Origin: a virus
IMG/VR virus record: IMGVR_UViG_3300026136_000008
Direction: 5' to 3' (one strand)
Length of the DNA: 64,000 nt
The notes under the pieces are model-generated. The model saw nothing but the letters and a program-made list of their open reading frames with translations, was not told the DNA's origin and made no database searches. A program made the translations under genes and the position numbers. Shown here piece by piece: positions 9,845-19,331 of the stretch. The first letter of the stretch is position 1. Each line of letters begins with the position of its first letter.

Positions 9845-10115
9845 AAGACCGGAGTATTTGGTGATAAGGAACTCCGGAGAAAACCTCAACTAGCTATCAA
9901 GCAGCTAGTAAATAATCGTTCTGATTGCCGATTAAATTTGATTTTAAAGTCTTTCTTGACTGACGAGTCTCAAGCGGCTCTGCTACCTAATCGATGCCTT
10001 GTCTCCCCCATTAAATAATACTACCTGAATATTATTTGGTGGAGGAGGTGGGAATTGAACCCACGTCTTAAGTGCTCCTACTTTTACCTTTACGTCGTTA
10101 TCTAGCTCACTTCAT
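9845..10115 (-). ncRNA. ssrA: Circularly permuted two-piece tmRNA
   Basis: Acceptor piece ends ...GTGGGTTCAATTCCCAC-CTCCTCC-A-CCA (3' end 10037); 27-nt intervening hairpin; coding piece starts GGGGGAG at 10009, giving a 7-bp stem with G3:U70; tag GNQNDYLLAA* at 9929-9897. Outer boundaries approximate. Confidence 0.92.
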
Positions 10116-10131
10116 TATTGAATGAATGTTA

Positions 10132-10359
10132 TTAAGCATCATCATGAGTTAGTAGTTTCCACAAAACCGCTGCAGAAATCAAACCAACTAAACCAGCGTC
10201 TCCTAGCTGTTGGACTATACCAATGATCGTACCAATGACGTCGCCGCCAAGGAAAGGTACTGCTCCACCAAATACGATTTGCAATAAGATTGCTAAACCA
10301 ATTAGTGACATTGCAATAGCCGATGCAGCACTAACGCCGCTTGTGATTTTATCTAACAT
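10132..10359 (-). CDS. Small hydrophobic membrane protein
   Basis: Two hydrophobic Gly-rich helices; AGGAG SD. Confidence 0.75.
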   Translation of the reverse strand: MLDKITSGVSAASAIAMSLIGLAILLQIVFGGAVPFLGGDVIGTIIGIVQQLGDAGLVGLISAAVLWKLLTHDDA

Positions 10360-10691
10360 ATATTCTCCTATGTCGTTTTATAAAAAGTAGTTTAGCCTTG
10401 TCTCGAAGGGTTCTCATCCTTAAACTTTTCATTTAGCTCATCATTCAGTTCAAGGAAAATTGGGAAGATAGCCCAGGATAATAATCCTGTGGCCCCGAGG
10501 GTAAGAATAACCCCTAATAGTAAGTAATTTAATAAATCCATAATTATTTATACCAAACCTAATCTTGATAACATGGAACTATTATAACATAATTTATATA
10601 CTTTGTACATACTAAACGCAACTATTTTGCGGTATTAGTTAAAAAAGATAAAATTTTTCTACAAAAGCTAGATTCTGTAGAATATTTTTCT

Positions 10692-12995
10692 CTATAATAC
10701 ACAACTCTCACAATAGTCATCATACTCCTGTTGTGTCGCAAAATCCTCACGAGTCTTATCAAGCTCAGTTGATTCATCCTCGTTAGTTAGATCATTCGTA
10801 TTAAAGTAATATAATTGCTTACCTCCGTATTTGTAGAATGTGACAAGATCCTTCATCATTTCTGACATAGGAACTTTATTGTCTTCGTATTGAGCTGGAT
10901 TATAACTTGTATTTACAGATATACCCTGGTCAACATACTTTTGAATGATTGCCATGATCTTTAAGTAACCTTCGGGTCCTTGCTGATCCCATAGCAAATC
11001 GTATTTGTTTTTAAGATTGTGTATTTGTGGTACAACCTGTGCCATGACTCCGTCCTTCGATTGCTTATATGATACAAGTGCACGAGGTGGTTCTACACCA
11101 TTTGTAGCATTACCAATCTGGGCAGATGTTTCAGCTGGCATAATAGCCATTAATGTACTATTACGTATACCAGATTTTTGTAACTGTTTTCTTAATGATT
11201 GCCATGGCATTCTTTCTTTATGCTTGACTAGTTCGTCAACCTCTTTTTTATATGTGTCTATTGGCAAGATACCATGTCCGTATTTACTCTCTAAGACCTT
11301 ATAGCAAGTTCCCTTCTCTTTTGCAAGATCTGCACTTGCCTTAATAAGATAATATGACCATGCTTCTGCGTATTCATCAACTGTAGAAAGAGCATCATCA
11401 TTATATTTTAAACCTCTCTTTGCTAAGAAATATGCAAAGTTAATGATACCTACACCTAACGGTCTTCTGTTCATTGTTGATCTTTGCGCTGCAATAATAG
11501 GATAGTTTTGATAATCAAGTAAAGCATCAAGAGAACGTACAGCTAATTCACAATACTTTTCGAAATCTTTCGGATCATTAATTAATCCCCAATTAATTGC
11601 AGATAATGTACATAAACTGATTTCACCTTTTTCTGCATCATCATATGATTCTAAACCATGTGAAGGTAAATCAATTTCACAACACAAATTCGATTGGTGT
11701 ATCGGGGCCTGCTTCTCGATGAATGCACCATGTGTATTTGCATGATCTACATTTTGTAAATAGATTCGTCCTGTCTCTTTACGTTCTGTTAGGAATTGAG
11801 AGAATACTTCAAGAGCTGGTAAAGATTTCTTACGAATCTTACGGGACCTCTCATACTTTTCATATAACTCTTGGAATAATTCTTGATCCTCAAAGAAGGC
11901 ATCATATAATCCAGGTACATCATCAGGTGAGAAGAAAGTAATGTTCCCACCAGTTAATAATCTCTCATACATAAGCTTATTAAATTGGAAGGCATAATCC
12001 ATGTTACGTACACGAGTCTCTTCTGTACCACGGTTATTCTTTAATACAACAAGATCTTCAAACTCATAATGCCACACTGGCAAATAAACTGTTGCTGCAC
12101 CACCTCTTACTCCGCCTTGTGAACAAGACTTTACACTTGCTTGAAACAATTTAAGAAATGGTATAAGACCAGTATGTACAACCGAACCATCACCAATATG
12201 TGAACCTACGGCTCTGATCTTACCAGCATTAATACCTAAGCCAGCTTTCTTTGAAATATATTTAACGATTGATGTTGATGTTGCATTAATTGAGTCAAGA
12301 GAATCATTTGATTCTAATACAACACATGAACTGAATTGTCTTGTTGGAGTTCTCACACCAGCCATAATAGGTGTTGGTAATGAGATATAAAATTGTGATA
12401 TAGCATTATAGAAGTCTCTTACAAATTTCATACGTCTTCCATTATACCTACCGAATAATGTCATAGCAATCATAATATAAAGCACTTGAGGTGTTTCATA
12501 TATTGTGCCATCCGTTCGATTCTGTACAAGATACTTTGATCTCATTTGCTCCATACCAGCATATGTAAAGTCATCATCTCTTGAATGATCTATTATATGA
12601 TTATTAATATAATCTATTTCAGCTTCAGAATACATGTTTAATATGTCAGGATCATAGACTCCAGCATCAATATTATGTTCAATAATATCTTTGAGTGGCC
12701 ATGGATCCTTGTCACCATAAACAATTTTCTTGAGTTTGTAATTAATTAATCTTGCTGCAACAGTTTGATAGTTAGGTGTAGCTTCAGTAATAAGCTCTGC
12801 TGTTGATTTGATTAAGAGATCATGAATAGATGTCGAACGCATCTTATCATATAATTGAACATTGGCTCTCATCTCTATTTCAGAGACTGATACACCTACT
12901 AAGTCTTGACAAGCCCATTCAAGCACTCGGTGAATTTTATCAATGTTAAATTGCTCAGTTTCACCACTGCGCTTGGTCACGTTAATAGACGTCAT
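10692..12995 (-). CDS. nrdA: Class Ia ribonucleotide reductase alpha subunit
   Basis: N-terminal ATP cone (VTKRSG), 'QFSSC', 'QSNLCCEI', C-terminal CESC. Confidence 0.98.
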   Translation of the reverse strand: MTSINVTKRSGETEQFNIDKIHRVLEWACQDLVGVSVSEIEMRANVQLYDKMRSTSIHDLLIKSTAELITEATPNYQTVAARLINYKLKKIVYGDKDPWPLKDIIEHNIDAGVYDPDILNMYSEAEIDYINNHIIDHSRDDDFTYAGMEQMRSKYLVQNRTDGTIYETPQVLYIMIAMTLFGRYNGRRMKFVRDFYNAISQFYISLPTPIMAGVRTPTRQFSSCVVLESNDSLDSINATSTSIVKYISKKAGLGINAGKIRAVGSHIGDGSVVHTGLIPFLKLFQASVKSCSQGGVRGGAATVYLPVWHYEFEDLVVLKNNRGTEETRVRNMDYAFQFNKLMYERLLTGGNITFFSPDDVPGLYDAFFEDQELFQELYEKYERSRKIRKKSLPALEVFSQFLTERKETGRIYLQNVDHANTHGAFIEKQAPIHQSNLCCEIDLPSHGLESYDDAEKGEISLCTLSAINWGLINDPKDFEKYCELAVRSLDALLDYQNYPIIAAQRSTMNRRPLGVGIINFAYFLAKRGLKYNDDALSTVDEYAEAWSYYLIKASADLAKEKGTCYKVLESKYGHGILPIDTYKKEVDELVKHKERMPWQSLRKQLQKSGIRNSTLMAIMPAETSAQIGNATNGVEPPRALVSYKQSKDGVMAQVVPQIHNLKNKYDLLWDQQGPEGYLKIMAIIQKYVDQGISVNTSYNPAQYEDNKVPMSEMMKDLVTFYKYGGKQLYYFNTNDLTNEDESTELDKTREDFATQQEYDDYCESCVL

Positions 12996-13048
12996 GTCAC
13001 TCCAATTAAATTAATATATTATATCACACTAAGTGTGAAAGTACATAC

Positions 13049-13579
13049 TTATAATATATTGTTTACTGATAAATAAATGTTTTCTTTTGTTTTATATATA
13101 GGAACTCCAGCGAATTGTCCAACTGGTTCTATACTATCTAAATGCACGATTGTTCCTTTCTTGCTTTCTTGCAAATCATGATTTAGTATATGTTGACCCT
13201 CATGAAGTTCTTTAAAGTCTTCATTTAAATCAAGTGAAGTATCGTGACCCAAATCCTCAAGCGCCTTGAGGATATCTGCTTCTTCCATGCCTGTCTCTTC
13301 TTTAAGTAGAAACAACGCAGCGGCATAAGACGCAATTTTAGATTTACCGAATGGTACTTTCTCTAAAATTCTTTTTATATTAAAGACTAACCTATGAAAA
13401 ACAGTATAAGTTTTCTCTTGAGCATTTGTTTGATCTTTTACTTTTACTAATAGCTTACCTTTATCGTCAATTACACCTGCAGTAAATGCATCTGTTTTTT
13501 TCCATGGTGTAACAAGTAAACGAATAAACTTATACGTTAAGAATAAATCTACAGCTGACTCTTTTATATACTGGCTCAT
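13049..13579 (-). CDS. Conserved T4-like hypothetical protein
   Basis: ORF at the end of the late array; several L/I-x-E sites. Confidence 0.7.
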   Translation of the reverse strand: MSQYIKESAVDLFLTYKFIRLLVTPWKKTDAFTAGVIDDKGKLLVKVKDQTNAQEKTYTVFHRLVFNIKRILEKVPFGKSKIASYAAALFLLKEETGMEEADILKALEDLGHDTSLDLNEDFKELHEGQHILNHDLQESKKGTIVHLDSIEPVGQFAGVPIYKTKENIYLSVNNIL

Positions 13580-13932
13580 AACTTCCTTAATACGTCTATA
13601 ATCGTTGCATCCAATGGGACTTCAACATAATCATCTTCTGGCAAATAATTTAAATATACCAAGAAGGTTTTTACAATACTTTGTAGGGTATTGTGTGTCT
13701 TTGACATTAAGATCTCAGCGCATATATCTGGACCTAACACATTACCTAATATAATAATATGGTTTAATATTAATCGTTCTTTCAAATCATCATCACGATA
13801 ATACCTATTAACTAATCTATTAATATATTTAAACCGAGACATGTCTTCCTTAAAATCGTCGTCAGTACTCCACTTATCCCTTTGATAATGCTTTGCTGCA
13901 TACAACTCAAAGTTGTTTTTAGTTAATTCCAT
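13576..13932 (-). CDS. Conserved T4-like hypothetical protein
   Basis: 'NF.LYA.KHY' and 'ERLILNHIIIL.NV' pattern recalled from marine T4-like phages. Confidence 0.75.
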   Translation of the reverse strand: MELTKNNFELYAAKHYQRDKWSTDDDFKEDMSRFKYINRLVNRYYRDDDLKERLILNHIIILGNVLGPDICAEILMSKTHNTLQSIVKTFLVYLNYLPEDDYVEVPLDATIIDVLRKL

Positions 13933-13955
13933 AATATATATTTATTGAAGTTTTT

Positions 13956-14282
13956 TTACTTCATTGCTTTTTTTAATTGGCTCCATAAAGATTTTTTAGA
14001 CTTACGTCTATCTAACTCAATACCAACCTCACGGCCTGCTGCCTCCATCTCTTCTTTTGTGGATTTTGCTGTTACCCTTTTAGGTTTTTTTGGACTAGCG
14101 CTACTGGTAGCCGAAGCGCCAGTCGCTGGTAAGTCCGAGCTTGTACCATTCCATGAGTCAACTTCTTCTTGAGTGAATTCAACACCCAATAAAACTTCAC
14201 CGTTTGGACCTTTGAAACCGTCTAAATGTGCTGTGGTTCCTTCAGGGTACATATCTTTTGTTACACCTGCCATATTTGACAT
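13956..14282 (-). CDS. Hypothetical protein with basic C-terminal helical motif
   Basis: 'TKEEMEAAGREVGIELDRRKSK' (Rho-N/HeH-like); AGGAG SD. Confidence 0.65.
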   Translation of the reverse strand: MSNMAGVTKDMYPEGTTAHLDGFKGPNGEVLLGVEFTQEEVDSWNGTSSDLPATGASATSSASPKKPKRVTAKSTKEEMEAAGREVGIELDRRKSKKSLWSQLKKAMK

Positions 14283-14292
14283 AATATATCTC

Positions 14293-15117
14293 CTAATTAT
14301 TTAAACATAAATCTTGGAGCCAGAAAGTTTTAAACTGTCCATCTCCTTTCAATTTTACTTTAACGTGGTTAGCTCCTAATGTATCTATAACTCCTTCTTG
14401 ACCGTCATTTGATTTTACAGGATCATTCACATTAAATAATTTACCAGCAACAAACTTCTCACGAAGATTTGATGCCTTCTTTAATTTTATATCTTGTCTA
14501 AAAGATTTTTCTTCTTTTAAACCCATGCCTTTACGTACATCATTCATTAATGCTTCAGCATCTTTAAATCTTCTTGGTAGACCTTTAGTAAATGATATAA
14601 GATCGTTGTCGGCTGCCGCAGCTCTCATCTTCGAGGCTGACATACCTTCTGCACCTTCAGCATCAGGATCTCTTTCGCCAGCGTTCATAATTTTAATAGA
14701 TGCAAAGTTATAGAAACCATGTCTACCCTTTACACCATTATACTTATTTACAAGCTTCTCAAATTCAGGTACTCTATCCGAACCAACAACTAATTCTAAA
14801 TTCTTAAAGCCATCATCGTATGCTATAGTTAGAACATCAAATAATGTTTTAGCTTTTTTATCCATAAGAATAGAACGTGCGTGTTTAGGAAACACCTTAC
14901 GCATGTACTTTATTTTAGTCTTCCAATCTAGGGGATTCTTTTTGTTATCTTCTGATTGTGTTGCATAAATTCTATGAACACCTGTGCCTTTAGATTTAGT
15001 TACATCTAAAAGTTTTTCATGACCAATAGTTGGAGGATTAAACCTACCCCAGTTTAGGGTAACTGTTTCAGCCGCAGCCTCTTCAAGATAGTGTTCTTTA
15101 AAACTATGCAGTGACAT
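14293..15117 (-). CDS. Cytidylyltransferase-like (HIGH-superfamily) nucleotidyltransferase
   Basis: 'GRFNPPTIGHEKL', 'VVGSDR', 'MSASKMR'. Confidence 0.85.
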   Translation of the reverse strand: MSLHSFKEHYLEEAAAETVTLNWGRFNPPTIGHEKLLDVTKSKGTGVHRIYATQSEDNKKNPLDWKTKIKYMRKVFPKHARSILMDKKAKTLFDVLTIAYDDGFKNLELVVGSDRVPEFEKLVNKYNGVKGRHGFYNFASIKIMNAGERDPDAEGAEGMSASKMRAAAADNDLISFTKGLPRRFKDAEALMNDVRKGMGLKEEKSFRQDIKLKKASNLREKFVAGKLFNVNDPVKSNDGQEGVIDTLGANHVKVKLKGDGQFKTFWLQDLCLNN

Positions 15118-15659
15118 TACTTAATTTTTTTAACCTTTGCCATTGCAGCTTTAAGCTGGTCTCCATCAGCAAAATCAAGGTATACAGCAACGTGATCTTT
15201 ACGTTTCATCATACGGAATTTACCAGTACCTTTCACAGCTGCTTGAATTTCTTTAGCTGAGTTAACATCTGTTTTAATTATTACTCTTGGGTTATCAAGC
15301 TTTACAGCTTTATTGCCAAGAACACCTTTCATTTCTGTAGGAAGTTTGGCATTAAATTTACCAACCTTTACTTCACCAGCAGCAGGTTTTACATTCTTTG
15401 CGATCCAGCTTTGTACTGCTTTTTTCATATCAGCAACGGATGTATTGTCTTTCATTCTTAATACGGTTTTATCACCTACTACTAATTCGTCATCATCCAT
15501 ATATGGTTTACCTGGATCTCTGCCTAATTCTTTTTTAAAGTCTTTATAAATGAAATTCATAGTAGCTAATTCATCATTGGCATTCCACCTATGATTATCT
15601 TTTACTCTTGCTTCATCTATGCGTGTATATGATTGTACTAATCTATCTATTAATTTCAT
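15117..15659 (-). CDS. Hypothetical, putative internal head protein
   Basis: Likely start MKLIDRL at 15659; 'RIDEA' cleavage-like site. Confidence 0.65.
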   Translation of the reverse strand: MKLIDRLVQSYTRIDEARVKDNHRWNANDELATMNFIYKDFKKELGRDPGKPYMDDDELVVGDKTVLRMKDNTSVADMKKAVQSWIAKNVKPAAGEVKVGKFNAKLPTEMKGVLGNKAVKLDNPRVIIKTDVNSAKEIQAAVKGTGKFRMMKRKDHVAVYLDFADGDQLKAAMAKVKKIK

Positions 15660-16885
15660 CGTGATTCGGACTCCCATCCCTTGATTATGTCTTTGCTAAA
15701 GTTGTTGTAAGAAAATTCCATTCTATCCACAATTTTAACTGCGCCGTTTGTTAAATGATCTATAGCAACATATCCCTCGGCGCCTGTTACTCTAAACCCG
15801 TCTTTAGTCTTTACAAATGTATTTATACTATCCATGCTGTCCAGATGCTTTAATAGCTTTATCTTAGCAGATACTAGCTCGTTTTGCATATCAAGCATAC
15901 TTATAAGACCACTTTTGTTCTCATCTGAGAAGAATTCTAAGGCTGCCAGCTTCGCTTGTTCCTTCCTATCCTTCCCAGCATCGCTTTTAAGCCTTTCTTT
16001 TTCGGTGTTATAACGATTCTCGATCCATCCGATAAGTTCTTCAACGTAGGCTTTGGAGTCTGTAACTTCCTCTTGCGCTCTAACCTTCGTATTGCGAAAG
16101 GTATTGATAAAGAGGTTAATATCTTTATTTGAAGCCACGTCATTAAGCGTCGTAGCGGCGATTTTTTGAAAGAGCTTTCCTGCGTTCGAGATATGTTTGG
16201 TAATTTCATCTGTTTCCTTTTTGGTTAATGTGGCTAAACCAGATATGTCTGGTAGGTTGGCGGACTTCTGCCATACCGTTCGGACATTTTTAAACGCTGC
16301 TGTGGATACACCAAATGAAGCATTCATTGTTTCAAAGGTTGAGCCTGAGTAATAAGTATGCCACACTACTCCAATTTTAGCTCTCATAATCTCTTGCGCT
16401 GCTTCAACGGGTACTGCATATACTATAGTATTTGGGTGGAAGGTTACATACTTCTTCCCATCAATTGTTGCTTTCTTTAAGTCTTGTTTTGTGAACATAA
16501 TGTCACCTTGGTAGACTCCTTTCTTTATACCAAGTTTACTTAATTCTTGAAATGCTACTATAAGCTTCTTTGATAAATCACCAGATGTATCAGCTTTTAC
16601 ATCCTTTACTGATTTATATACTTTAGGATTCTTATTAAATATTCCTTTCTTTGCTACAAAGAACTTACCATCAGATGGATCAATACCAGCAAATACCGCC
16701 GGTGCACCATCCCATTTAACTGTGACTGCTTTAGTATCATTCGAATGACCAGCCAACATATCTCTTAAATCTCTTAATGCAAAGATAGCTGACCTTGCTC
16801 CATTTACTCCACCGTCAATCACCATGTCCTCAATATGAGTCATGTGAGTATTTTTTGCTTCTGTTATGTGTTGTTTAAACTTCAT
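15656..16885 (-). CDS. Conserved T4-like protein with ATP-dependent ligase-like motifs
   Basis: KWDG (motif I), 'YQGDIMF' (III), 'EGYV' (IV), 'VKIVDR' (V). Confidence 0.65.
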   Translation of the reverse strand: MKFKQHITEAKNTHMTHIEDMVIDGGVNGARSAIFALRDLRDMLAGHSNDTKAVTVKWDGAPAVFAGIDPSDGKFFVAKKGIFNKNPKVYKSVKDVKADTSGDLSKKLIVAFQELSKLGIKKGVYQGDIMFTKQDLKKATIDGKKYVTFHPNTIVYAVPVEAAQEIMRAKIGVVWHTYYSGSTFETMNASFGVSTAAFKNVRTVWQKSANLPDISGLATLTKKETDEITKHISNAGKLFQKIAATTLNDVASNKDINLFINTFRNTKVRAQEEVTDSKAYVEELIGWIENRYNTEKERLKSDAGKDRKEQAKLAALEFFSDENKSGLISMLDMQNELVSAKIKLLKHLDSMDSINTFVKTKDGFRVTGAEGYVAIDHLTNGAVKIVDRMEFSYNNFSKDIIKGWESESR

Positions 16886-18747
16886 TGAAATTCCGTTATT
16901 TTATTTTCTGGAACAGTTCCAGTACCTTCAATATTATAATTGAATGAACTTGCTCCACTCTTTTTAAATGCTATCTTATGGTATTTAGCTACATCATCAA
17001 CAGTCTCTGCAAAGATCCACATGTTTACTACATAGTATTGTTTAAATGGCAGAACAGCAACTTTTAAAACACTAATCGGCTTACCATCTCTCTTTGGTGC
17101 AGCCTGTTTAATTGTACCAACTGTAATAACTTTATAATCTGCTTTATTAGGATTACCAAAGACCTTTACAACTGGAAGGTTTGTGTCACCCATAGCCATA
17201 CTTTGATTTAAATCATTAATAACATTAATGCCATTCTTCTTTACATCTTTAATAATATCGTTTACAAGCTGAAATGATATAACATTACCTACTAAGAAGT
17301 TTACTGTTGTCTCATTAATTTGTAAATTATTCTGTTTCTCTACACGTATCTCTACAACATCATTACTCTTTGTATCGATTTTCTTACGGTAGTTCTCAAT
17401 TGTTTTTGCGTATGATGAATTTAATCTCTTATCTTTTACAATAGCATTAAGCATTGCGCCTTGACTCATCTCTGTTAGATATTTACTACGCTTTGTAAGA
17501 CGCTCAAGTTCTTTTTCAGTACTCTTTTCATATTTCTTTCCTAGCATAGATATCTTTTTAAATAATTGTTTACCGAAATTAAGAACATTTTTTGCTGCTT
17601 GTTGAAATCTTTTTACTGCATCTTTACCATAATCTCTTATCTTATCTATAGTATCACCAAAGAATCCTTCTTGCAAATATTGTTCAGCAAGTTCAGGAAA
17701 TTGGTCACGCACCTTTGCAAGATCCATATTATCTACATCGGGTTGATACTTACCTTTCATAAGCGTTGTGATTTTACCAAGCTTTGCTTGTCCATCAGCT
17801 TTCTTTAAAGATATTTGATACCATTCAACACCATCACATTTTATTAGACCAGTATCATCATCTGTTATAATTGGTTTTTTACTTTTTAATGCAGCATATA
17901 ATTCATTGGGTGTACCGTTAATAAGAACACAGTCCGCTGTATTTGGTTTTACACTACCTTCAATACCTTCTTTATTTTTTAAAGCAGCATAGTACTCTGT
18001 AATACCAGTCCAAATTACATATGGTTTAGTGAATCCAATTTCTTTTTTTCTGTAGTAATATGAACCATTCACTAACATGATTACATCTTTACCTAATGAT
18101 TTATCTGCATCAACATACGCAACAAACTTTTTCCAGTCTTTAATGTAATCTCTTATTTTAAAATCACCGCCAACAAATAATTGCTCTAATGATTTCTTAA
18201 AGTTACTCTCGTCTAAAGGTACTCCTATGAATAAGCCAACACACTGAAAAAATTCTAAGAAGTCAGTGGCAGTAGCAATACCAAAATCTTGTAAGTCAAC
18301 AGCTTTTCCTTTACCAACAGATCCTTTGCCAAACTTGTATGTAGTTGCTCTACCATCTATATCAACTGATCCTTGCAAGTCTGTGTGAACCTTTACTACT
18401 TTGTTTTTACCAGTATCAAAGATTAAAGGAGTATCATGCTTATTTTTTAATTGTTTATATAGATCAGCTATATCAGCTAGTTGCTCATCAGAGTATCCTA
18501 TATGTTTAATATCTGCTGGCTTCGTATAAGCAATAGTATATGCTTCTTGTATATACTCTTCTACCCAACCTGAATCATCTTCTTGTGGTGCTGGAGTTTT
18601 CTCTTCGTTTTTCTTCTTATTGTATATAGACCAAGCAAGAGCAAATGCCTTATCATCATCCATACCATCGGCTTTAAATCCCTTTACTAGGGCTTTCATG
18701 CCAGGAGGGGCTTTTTCTTCTAGTTGTTTGTTTTTAAATGAAAGCAT
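16882..18747 (-). CDS. Large hypothetical, putative internal head protein with possible PD-(D/E)xK-like domain
   Basis: 'PNTADCVL...QISLKK'; repeated Y-L/I-x-E sites. Confidence 0.6.
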   Translation of the reverse strand: MLSFKNKQLEEKAPPGMKALVKGFKADGMDDDKAFALAWSIYNKKKNEEKTPAPQEDDSGWVEEYIQEAYTIAYTKPADIKHIGYSDEQLADIADLYKQLKNKHDTPLIFDTGKNKVVKVHTDLQGSVDIDGRATTYKFGKGSVGKGKAVDLQDFGIATATDFLEFFQCVGLFIGVPLDESNFKKSLEQLFVGGDFKIRDYIKDWKKFVAYVDADKSLGKDVIMLVNGSYYYRKKEIGFTKPYVIWTGITEYYAALKNKEGIEGSVKPNTADCVLINGTPNELYAALKSKKPIITDDDTGLIKCDGVEWYQISLKKADGQAKLGKITTLMKGKYQPDVDNMDLAKVRDQFPELAEQYLQEGFFGDTIDKIRDYGKDAVKRFQQAAKNVLNFGKQLFKKISMLGKKYEKSTEKELERLTKRSKYLTEMSQGAMLNAIVKDKRLNSSYAKTIENYRKKIDTKSNDVVEIRVEKQNNLQINETTVNFLVGNVISFQLVNDIIKDVKKNGINVINDLNQSMAMGDTNLPVVKVFGNPNKADYKVITVGTIKQAAPKRDGKPISVLKVAVLPFKQYYVVNMWIFAETVDDVAKYHKIAFKKSGASSFNYNIEGTGTVPENKITEFQ

Positions 18748-19091
18748 TAATTATCTACCTTTGCTCCAGCTCTCCATTGATAACATGACCAATATCCCGC
18801 TTTAGTTTTATCTTTTTTCTGATCACAATTATGTCTTGCACGAAATGCTTTACGTCTTGCAGGATCATCTCTTTTAATTTCCATATTAGGATCACCGAAG
18901 TTAACCTTTACAACATTACCTTTACTGTTCTTTACATATACGTGAAACTTAGATGCGGAACCTTTAGGTGATCGTTGAGGGTTATTTAATGAAACGGTTT
19001 TACCTTGATACTCTGCTTCGCTTATTACCTCATCTTGGTATTGTTGCTCACATATGTGATCTATTGCTTCTACTTGTTTATATGTTTTCAT
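18747..19091 (-). CDS. Conserved phage hypothetical protein
   Basis: 'KVNFGDP....RRKAFRARHNC....AGYWSC' motif. Confidence 0.75.
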   Translation of the reverse strand: MKTYKQVEAIDHICEQQYQDEVISEAEYQGKTVSLNNPQRSPKGSASKFHVYVKNSKGNVVKVNFGDPNMEIKRDDPARRKAFRARHNCDQKKDKTKAGYWSCYQWRAGAKVDN

Positions 19092-19331
19092 TTATCCTCC
19101 GAACTCGTGTCCTGCCACTCTCTTCATTTGCTTTTTAAACTCAGCAAAATCTGGCTTAGACTTGTATAGTTTAATGGAGATCTCATTACGGTCTTTACCT
19201 TTAATTCTCCAATTATATCCTTTTTCTTTATGCTCAGGCTTTGTGGTCTTTACGACTCTTCTCTTATAACCATCTTCCCATGGTTCACTTTTACTGCCTG
19301 GACCTTCTAAAATCTGTTTTAGTGTTTTCAT
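19092..19331 (-). CDS. Basic hypothetical protein
   Basis: Starts MKTLKQILE. Confidence 0.7.
   Translation of the reverse strand: MKTLKQILEGPGSKSEPWEDGYKRRVVKTTKPEHKEKGYNWRIKGKDRNEISIKLYKSKPDFAEFKKQMKRVAGHEFGG

Noticed and set aside
1803-9876. Shared TTCCTTAT loop sequence in the porin 3' hairpin and the tmRNA 3' hairpin
   Set aside because: Only 8 nt in an AT-rich genome; cannot be distinguished from chance without comparative data
9806-10018. Plus-strand 70-aa ORF
   Set aside because: Antisense shadow of the tmRNA with a GTG start and no SD
10037-10069. Apparent tRNA gene (T-arm GGTTCAATTCC plus CCA)
   Set aside because: No D-arm or anticodon arm upstream, and the matching 5' acceptor strand lies downstream; this is the acceptor piece of a permuted tmRNA
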